NCBI GenBank assembly: GCA_005798555.1
Contig: SYJA01000087.1
Coordinates: 5,157-69,156, forward strand
Origin: Actinomycetota bacterium
GTDB taxonomy: Bacteria; Actinomycetota; Actinomycetes; S36-B12
Direction: 5' to 3'
Length of the DNA: 64,000 nucleotides
The position numbers were made by a program, and so were the translations under genes. This document shows, piece by piece, positions 57,988 through 64,000 of the stretch. The notes under the pieces were generated by a model that was given only the letters and a program-made list of their open reading frames with translations, did not search any database and was not told the DNA's origin. The number at the start of each line of letters is the position of its first letter. The stretch's first letter is position 1.

Positions 57988-59390
57988 TCGTTCAACTGAT
58001 GGGCACCGGATCCGCGGACGGTTGGCCCAACCCATTTTGTCGCTGCCCATCGTGCACGAGCGAACGGGCCGCGGGTAGCACCCGATGCCCAACCGCAGCG
58101 CTGGTGGATGGCTGCCTCTTGCTGGACGCCGGGCCGACGGTAGCCGCGGCTGCCGGTCGATTCGGAACCTCGTTCGCCGATCTTGAGCATATTTTGATCA
58201 CCCACGGCCATCCGGACCACCTGGCCCCGGACTTTCTGCTCTGGCGCAGTTGGGTTGACCCCGGCTTCACGTTACATATCTGGGCGCCACCGGTTGCCCT
58301 CGAACGCTGCCGCGACTGGATCGGGCCAAATGATGCGGTGCAACTGCACCAGATCACCGCTGGCGAGGAATTGAACTTGGTGACACGAACCGGGGACTAT
58401 GCGGTGCGCACCCTGCCCGCAGCACATGCAACCGGTAATGGCGACGTGCTGGCCGAGGAAGCCGTGCTGTTCGACCTCACCGCCCCCGATGCACGCCGTC
58501 TCTTCTATGCAACTGATACCGGGCCATTCAGTGCGGCTTTGCTAGATCAGGTTCGTGGACGGTGCTTTGACCTGGTGCTACTTGATGAGACTTTTGGCAC
58601 CAAATTTGACCATGGGCACGGACACCTTGATCTAGAAACCTTTCCGCAGGCCGTGCAGGACCTGCGCGACATAAACGCAACCACCGAGCACACCGATGTT
58701 GTTGCGATACACCTGAGCCACCACAATCCGCCCACCGAGCAACTGCGGGCTTCGCTCTTGGGCTGTGGCGCCCGCGTTGTCGACGATGGCACCGCCATCG
58801 AGGTGGGCCTGCGGATAGCCGGTAACAGCCACCACTTCATCTTGGGTGGCGCCCGATCCGGTAAATCCCACTTCGCCGAAACCATCGCAGCCAGGTCTGG
58901 GCATGTCACCTATCTGGCGACCGGCTACCCGGCAGGTGAAGACCCAAACTGGAATGCCCGGATTGCCGCGCACCGCCAGCGCCGCCCGGGGCATTGGCGA
59001 ACCGAAGAGACCATTGACCTGGCCACGGCGATCGAAAAAGCAGCAGCCGGCAGCTGCCTGCTGATCGATTGCCTGGCCCTTTGGCTAACTAGGACATTGG
59101 ACGAGATCAACGGCTGGGCGACCGACCCGCAGGCTAGTGCGGTGGCCCAAAAGGAAATACATCGTCGAACCGACCAACTTGTTTCGGCCCTGCAAAATAC
59201 GCGGGCTGCAGTGATCCTCGTTTCGAATGAGGTGGGCCAAGGGGTGGTGCCGGAAACAAGCAGCGGACGCCTCTTTCGCGACCTACTCGGGGTTGTCAAT
59301 GCCCGGGTGGCCCAAACTTGCCATGAGGTCACTTTCATGATCGCCGGCAGATCTGTCCCACTACATGATTTGACCACGGTGAGAGGCTGA
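57984..59390 (+). CDS. cobU: Fusion of an MBL-fold (PhnP-like) metallo-hydrolase domain to adenosylcobinamide kinase/adenosylcobinamide-phosphate guanylyltransferase
   Basis: 468 aa. The N-terminal ~270 aa carry CRCPSC and ITHGHPDH (HxHxDH). The C-terminal ~185 aa carry the CobU P-loop ILGGARSGKS and a CobU-like body. Confidence 0.8.
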   Translation: MIVQLMGTGSADGWPNPFCRCPSCTSERAAGSTRCPTAALVDGCLLLDAGPTVAAAAGRFGTSFADLEHILITHGHPDHLAPDFLLWRSWVDPGFTLHIWAPPVALERCRDWIGPNDAVQLHQITAGEELNLVTRTGDYAVRTLPAAHATGNGDVLAEEAVLFDLTAPDARRLFYATDTGPFSAALLDQVRGRCFDLVLLDETFGTKFDHGHGHLDLETFPQAVQDLRDINATTEHTDVVAIHLSHHNPPTEQLRASLLGCGARVVDDGTAIEVGLRIAGNSHHFILGGARSGKSHFAETIAARSGHVTYLATGYPAGEDPNWNARIAAHRQRRPGHWRTEETIDLATAIEKAAAGSCLLIDCLALWLTRTLDEINGWATDPQASAVAQKEIHRRTDQLVSALQNTRAAVILVSNEVGQGVVPETSSGRLFRDLLGVVNARVAQTCHEVTFMIAGRSVPLHDLTTVRG

Positions 59391-59394
59391 CCGC

Positions 59395-60471
59395 ATGGCT
59401 AACCCGGACCCTTATCGAGTTGAAGTCGCCCTACCTGATGCGCCCGCCAGTTCGGAAGCAGCTGCACGGCAATTAACACTTACGAAACCCGCCGGCGCGC
59501 TCGGGCGCTTGGAAGAAATCAGCAGCTGGGCCGCCGGGGTTCAAGGTCGTTGCCCACCGATCCCGTTCACCCGACCCAGTGTTGTCGTCTTCGTCGGCGA
59601 CCACGGGGTCGCGCGTGCGGTCGGCACCTCCGCCTTCCCGACCGAGGTCACCGCCCAGATGGTCCTGAATTTCTTGGCCGGCGGCGCCGCCGTTAATGTC
59701 TTGGCACGAAAGGTTGGCGCGCAGGTCCGCGTGATCGATGTCAGCGTTGACTGCGACCGCGCCTATCTAGACAAAATCGCTCCCGAGGTCGCACAACATC
59801 GGGTCAGGCGCGGTAGCGGTGCGATCGACCGCGAGGATGCGCTGACCCAAGCCGAGGGTGAAGCAGCATTTGCACTCGGTCAGCGCATCGCCGATGAGGA
59901 AATCGACTCCGGGGCGGATCTGTTGATCGCAGGTGACATGGGGATAGGCAACACCACCCCGGCGGCGACGTTGATCGGACTACTCACCTCGAATGATGCC
60001 GCCACCGTCACCGGCAGGGGCACCGGCATTGATGACGCCACCTGGATGCGGAAGTGTGCAGCAGTCCGCGATGCGATGCGACGCGGGCGACCCTTCATTG
60101 GTGAACCAAGGAAGTTGCTGCAAGTGGTGGCGGGCGCCGATATCGCAGCGATGTCAGGCTTCCTACTGCAAGCGGCAATTCGCCGCACGCCGGTGCTTCT
60201 TGACGGCACGATCACCACCGCGGCGGCCCTGGCCGCTGACCGAATTGACTACCGGGCCAAGAACTGGTGGCTGGCTGGCCACCTATCAGCTGAACCAGCA
60301 CATGCCCTTGCCCTAAATCGCCTGAACATGACACCGTTACTCAGTTATCAAATGCGCCTCGGCGAAGGCACCGGCGCCCTGCTGGCCCTGCCGATTTTAC
60401 AGTCGGCAATTGCGTTATTAAATGAGATGGCGACCTTCGCTGAGGCTGGGGTGTCAGACCGCGATGCCTGA
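59395..60471 (+). CDS. cobT: Nicotinate-nucleotide--dimethylbenzimidazole phosphoribosyltransferase
   Basis: 358 aa CobT family (GDMGIGNTT; ...LGEGTGA). Confidence 0.9.
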   Translation: MANPDPYRVEVALPDAPASSEAAARQLTLTKPAGALGRLEEISSWAAGVQGRCPPIPFTRPSVVVFVGDHGVARAVGTSAFPTEVTAQMVLNFLAGGAAVNVLARKVGAQVRVIDVSVDCDRAYLDKIAPEVAQHRVRRGSGAIDREDALTQAEGEAAFALGQRIADEEIDSGADLLIAGDMGIGNTTPAATLIGLLTSNDAATVTGRGTGIDDATWMRKCAAVRDAMRRGRPFIGEPRKLLQVVAGADIAAMSGFLLQAAIRRTPVLLDGTITTAAALAADRIDYRAKNWWLAGHLSAEPAHALALNRLNMTPLLSYQMRLGEGTGALLALPILQSAIALLNEMATFAEAGVSDRDA

Positions 60472-61219
60472 CTGGCTTCGACTTTCCGTTGGCACCTTCA
60501 CCCGGCTGCCGGTGCCAGCCCCACGCAGGGTAGACCAAGCCACCGCCGGGTGGGCTATGACGTTCGCACCGGTCATCGCATTCGTGCTGGCTCTAATCTG
60601 CGCCCTGCCCGTGCTTCTAGCAGGCAACAACCTGGCTAGAGCACTGCTCCTGTCGGCGCTTAGCGTTGGACTCCTCACCTGGTGCACGCGTGCACTCCAT
60701 CTCGATGGGCTCGCCGATACCGCCGACGCACTGGGCAGTGGTAAACCGGCCGCCGAGGCCCTGGTGATCGCCCGTAAATCCGATATCGGACCCTTCGGGG
60801 TGCTGGCCATTGCCTTCACTTTGGCGTTGCAGGTATTTGCACTCAGCGCTGCGGCAACTACCTCGTTGGGTGCGGGCCGTGGCTACCTGATGCTGATCAT
60901 CGCCGTAGTCACCGGACGCATTGCCCTGCTTTGGGCCTGCACCAAGCCGGTGCCGGCGGCACGACCCGATGGGCTCGGGGCCGTTGTTGCAGGAACCGTG
61001 CCATGGTTCGTGACTGTTGGCTGGACGATCGCGCTGCTGCTAGCCGCCTATTTCGCCCTCAATCTCGTTGGCTTGGGCATGGTCATCGCCGGAATCATCA
61101 TTGGGGTGATTGTCATTGCAATTGCAAGTCGCAGGCTCGGTGGGGTCACCGGTGATGTGCTTGGGGGGGTGATCGAGACCAGCACCACTGCCGCCCTCGT
61201 GATCGGCGCCCTGCTTTAA
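60464..61219 (+). CDS. cobS: Adenosylcobinamide-GDP ribazoletransferase (cobalamin synthase)
   Basis: Start re-chosen at ATG 60464 (8-nt overlap with the cobT stop). Polytopic, with HLDGLADTADAL and GGVTGDVLG motifs. Confidence 0.85.
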   Translation: MPDWLRLSVGTFTRLPVPAPRRVDQATAGWAMTFAPVIAFVLALICALPVLLAGNNLARALLLSALSVGLLTWCTRALHLDGLADTADALGSGKPAAEALVIARKSDIGPFGVLAIAFTLALQVFALSAAATTSLGAGRGYLMLIIAVVTGRIALLWACTKPVPAARPDGLGAVVAGTVPWFVTVGWTIALLLAAYFALNLVGLGMVIAGIIIGVIVIAIASRRLGGVTGDVLGGVIETSTTAALVIGALL

Positions 61220-62343
61220 GTCCGGGTGGACGGCTCCACAAATGGCGGCTTGGTCACGGTGAATTTCGACGCCCGGCCACGCACGTCCACGACTACCTCA
61301 TCACCGATATTTACCGACGGATCAAGTAACGCGAGCGCGATCCCTTGCTTCAGGGTCGGGGAAAAAGTACCGCTGGTCACTTCGCCGATGACCGCGCCGG
61401 CGAGTGCATCGCCGGCTACCTGGCGCACCTCCATATGCGGGCGCGGAATCCCGCGATCCATCGACTTGAGCCCGCGCAGTCGGCGCTTTGGTCCGACCTC
61501 GCGTTCCGCAACCAATGCAGCACGACCGGCAAATTCGGGTTTATCCCAGCCCACCGCCCAGGCCAACCCGGCCTGAACCGGGGAGATATCCAAACTGAGG
61601 TCCTGGCCGTGCAGCGGATAGCCCATCTCGGTTCGCAAGGTGTCGCGGGCACCCAACCCGGCGCGAACCAGGCCAAATTCATCGCGGCGGGCCAGCAGGG
61701 CATCCCAAAGCTCAACCAGCACGGACACTGGCGCCACTAGTTCATAGCCGTGCTCACCGGTGTAACCGGTACGGCACACGGTAACCGGCTCACCTCGAAA
61801 CTTCGAATCGGCCATGGTCAGGTAGTCATGATCGGCGGGCATGCCCATCGATTCGATCAGGGCCTTACTGCGCGGGCCCTGAACCGCGATGATTCCTAGA
61901 TCATTGTGCAGATCGACAATTTCAACGCCAGCTGGCGCTGCGCTTCGCAGGGCCGCTACGACAGTTGGCGCATTCGAGGCATTGGGCACCATGAATATGT
62001 CGTCATCGGCGCATCGGTAGACGATGAGATCGTCGATCACGCCACCGGACTCACTGAGTACCTCAGATTCCTTGCACAACATGGTGTACTGCGCTTGCCC
62101 CGATGTAATTCGATCCAGGTCGTTGGTGAGCAGCTCGTTAAGGAATGCCACGGCTCCCGGCCCCTGAATACGCACCTTGCCCATGTGCGAGACATCGAAA
62201 ATCCCAACGGCCGAGCGCACCGCGGTGTGCTCAGCGACCACCCCCGTGTATTCGATTGGCATCTCCCAGCCACCGAAGTCGGCCATCTTCGCGCCGGCAG
62301 CCACATGACGCTCGGCCAGTGGGGTCTGCTTCAGGGAATTCAC
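61216..62343 (-). CDS. gcvT: Glycine cleavage system aminomethyltransferase (T protein)
   Basis: 375 aa GcvT family (…FDVSHMG…, GYTGEHGYE). Confidence 0.9.
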   Translation of the reverse strand: MNSLKQTPLAERHVAAGAKMADFGGWEMPIEYTGVVAEHTAVRSAVGIFDVSHMGKVRIQGPGAVAFLNELLTNDLDRITSGQAQYTMLCKESEVLSESGGVIDDLIVYRCADDDIFMVPNASNAPTVVAALRSAAPAGVEIVDLHNDLGIIAVQGPRSKALIESMGMPADHDYLTMADSKFRGEPVTVCRTGYTGEHGYELVAPVSVLVELWDALLARRDEFGLVRAGLGARDTLRTEMGYPLHGQDLSLDISPVQAGLAWAVGWDKPEFAGRAALVAEREVGPKRRLRGLKSMDRGIPRPHMEVRQVAGDALAGAVIGEVTSGTFSPTLKQGIALALLDPSVNIGDEVVVDVRGRASKFTVTKPPFVEPSTRT

Positions 62344-62375
62344 AGGGTTGACCGTATCCCACTATTCTTGACCGC

Positions 62376-63857
62376 ATGACTCTTACACTCGCCCAGACTT
62401 CCGCCGCCAGTGCCGTTTGCGATGCCCTGCTCGTCGCGGTTCGACCCAAAAATCGCAGGATCGAGATCGTCGGCAAAGCTTTGACTCCAGCACTTGCGAC
62501 GAAGGTCACCGCTGCCCTGACCGCAATGGGTGCCACCGGCAAATCCGGGGAGATCACCAAGATCGGCGGGCTAACCGGATTCAAGGCGCCGATCATCGTT
62601 GCAGTGGGCCTGGGCGAGCCGGGCGCCAAAGGATCGCCGGAGGCCACGAGACGGGCCTACGGCAATGCCATCCGGGCTCTTGGCGGCACCAAGAAGATCG
62701 CCATCGTGGCCGATCCCGACCCGGTGCGGTTGCAAGCCACGGCGATGGGCGCCCGGCTGGCGGCTTATTCCTTCACCGCATTCAAATCGAAGAATGACCC
62801 GAAGTCCGCGCCGCCGGCGAGCATCGTGCTACTGGTGCCCGCGCCCAGCACCGCGGCCCAAAAAATATCAATCGCAGAAGTTAATATCGTCGGCAATGCG
62901 GTAGACCTGACCCGCGACCTGGTAAACACCCCACCAAATGCCCTCCCGCCGAGCGCCTTGGCCGCCGCAGCCAAGAAGGCGGTGGCCGGGTTGCCGGTCA
63001 CCGTGACGATCTGGGACGAGCGCGCCCTCAAGAGCGCTGGGTGCGGTGGGATCTTGGGCGTTGGGCAAGGTTCGGTTAACCCGCCGCGGCTGGTCAAGAT
63101 GGTCTACGCACCACGCGGGGCCAAGGCCCATCTGGCCATCGTCGGCAAAGGCATCACTTTCGACACCGGTGGTATCTCGATTAAGCCGGCCAAGAATATG
63201 GACGAGATGAAGGGCGATATGGCCGGTGCCGCCGCCGTGATCGCCGCGGTGCAAGCGATCGCGGAGCTAGGCCTTCATGTCAAAGTGACGGGTTGGGTGC
63301 CAACGGCCGAGAATATGCCAAGTGGTACCGCTCAGCGCCCCGGTGACGTCATCAAGATGTACAACGGCATGACCGTCGAGGTCCTCAATACCGACGCCGA
63401 GGGCCGCTTGGTTCTCGGTGATGCGCTGGCGATGGCCGCGAAGGACAAGCCCACCCTGATCATTGATGCCGCCACTTTGACCGGTGCCCAGCGCATCGCC
63501 CTCGGCTCAAGGACCGCCGGGGTGATGGCCAATGAAGACGCGGCCCGGGACCAGGTCTGCGCCGCCGCGGAGGCAGGTGGTGAGTCCATGTGGCCGATGC
63601 CACTTCCCGATGACCTACTTGCCACCTTGGATTCGGCAACCGCCGATATCGCCAATATTGGTGATGGCTTAGGCGGCATGCTCTCGGCCGGGGTTTTCCT
63701 AAGCAGGTTCGTTCCCGATGGCCAGCCCTGGGTGCACCTGGATATTGCCGGGCCGGCATTTAATGACAAGGCCCCTTACGGCTACACGCCTAAGGGCGGG
63801 ACGGGGGCCGCGGTGCGCACCTTCGTGCAGGTCGCCAAAGGGCTTGCGGCAGGATAA
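62376..63857 (+). CDS. pepA: Leucyl aminopeptidase (M17)
   Basis: 493 aa with the NTDAEGRL signature and the VGKGITFDTGG motif. Confidence 0.9.
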   Translation: MTLTLAQTSAASAVCDALLVAVRPKNRRIEIVGKALTPALATKVTAALTAMGATGKSGEITKIGGLTGFKAPIIVAVGLGEPGAKGSPEATRRAYGNAIRALGGTKKIAIVADPDPVRLQATAMGARLAAYSFTAFKSKNDPKSAPPASIVLLVPAPSTAAQKISIAEVNIVGNAVDLTRDLVNTPPNALPPSALAAAAKKAVAGLPVTVTIWDERALKSAGCGGILGVGQGSVNPPRLVKMVYAPRGAKAHLAIVGKGITFDTGGISIKPAKNMDEMKGDMAGAAAVIAAVQAIAELGLHVKVTGWVPTAENMPSGTAQRPGDVIKMYNGMTVEVLNTDAEGRLVLGDALAMAAKDKPTLIIDAATLTGAQRIALGSRTAGVMANEDAARDQVCAAAEAGGESMWPMPLPDDLLATLDSATADIANIGDGLGGMLSAGVFLSRFVPDGQPWVHLDIAGPAFNDKAPYGYTPKGGTGAAVRTFVQVAKGLAAG

Positions 63858-63901
63858 GGACGAGGTCAATACCACCAGTAGTCATAGCCGCCACCCCGAT
63901 A

Positions 63902-64000
63902 GGAGTTCTTCGTGCCCGCTGCCGATCTGGTCATCCTCGGTGGCGGTAGCGGTGGCTACGCGTGCGCGCTTCGGGCCGCCGAGCTGGGCATGTCGGTCAT
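63902..64000 (+). CDS. lpdA: Dihydrolipoyl dehydrogenase, N-terminal fragment (runs off the right edge)
   Basis: GTG at 63902 preceded by AGGAG. VPAADLVILGGGSGGYACALRAAELGMSV is the FAD dinucleotide fold of Lpd. Confidence 0.65.

Noticed and set aside
62344-62375. Possible glycine riboswitch upstream of gcvT.
   Set aside because: Only 32 nt separate gcvT from the divergent pepA, far too short for a glycine aptamer.
1-64000. CRISPR arrays, IS elements or transposases, integrases, prophage genes, tRNA and rRNA genes, and toxin-antitoxin or known defence systems.
   Set aside because: The intergenic regions are short, none showed repeat-spacer periodicity or tRNA-like cloverleaf sequence, and every sizeable ORF had a housekeeping or metabolic assignment. 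Absence is by visual inspection only.

Overview
High-GC actinobacterial chromosomal segment, densely coding on both strands. I recognised no rRNA, tRNA, CRISPR array, transposase or integrase. Gene order, judged from memory, resembles two Mycobacterium/Streptomyces core blocks. The first is mnmA-iscS-etfAB. The second runs metF-idsA ... pknL-like kinase-aroG ... plsC ... fadD15-ripC-trpD-ctaE-qcrCAB-ctaFDC ... erpA-nadA ... cobT-cobS-gcvT-pepA-lpd. Accessory content sits between them. A carotenoid cluster comprises a CruF-like membrane protein, a GT2 glycosyltransferase, a CrtD-like desaturase, crtE/idsA, crtI, crtB and crtYc/Yd, followed by a pnuC plus NadR-like kinase pair. The most interesting locus is at about 52.45-61.2 kb. 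A compact cobalamin riboswitch with an intrinsic terminator leads eight tightly or translationally coupled genes: two exported proteins of unknown role, a complete ECF transporter (T, fused A-A', S), an MBL-fold::CobU fusion, cobT and cobS. I read this as a cobamide capture, import and remodelling operon whose two exported proteins may form an undescribed extracellular B12-binding module. Second, two upper-glycolysis kinases look inactivated. The ROK glucokinase (27150-27979) is a multi-lesion pseudogene and pfkA (22183-23207) carries a 1-nt frameshift, while glpK between them is intact. Third, next to ctaC there is a cysteine-desulfurase homologue that has lost its PLP lysine but kept the catalytic Cys loop, paired with a TusA-like gene. 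All functional calls rest on motif and family recognition by eye plus synteny from memory. No database search was run, and several start codons were re-chosen from the ORF track and remain provisional.
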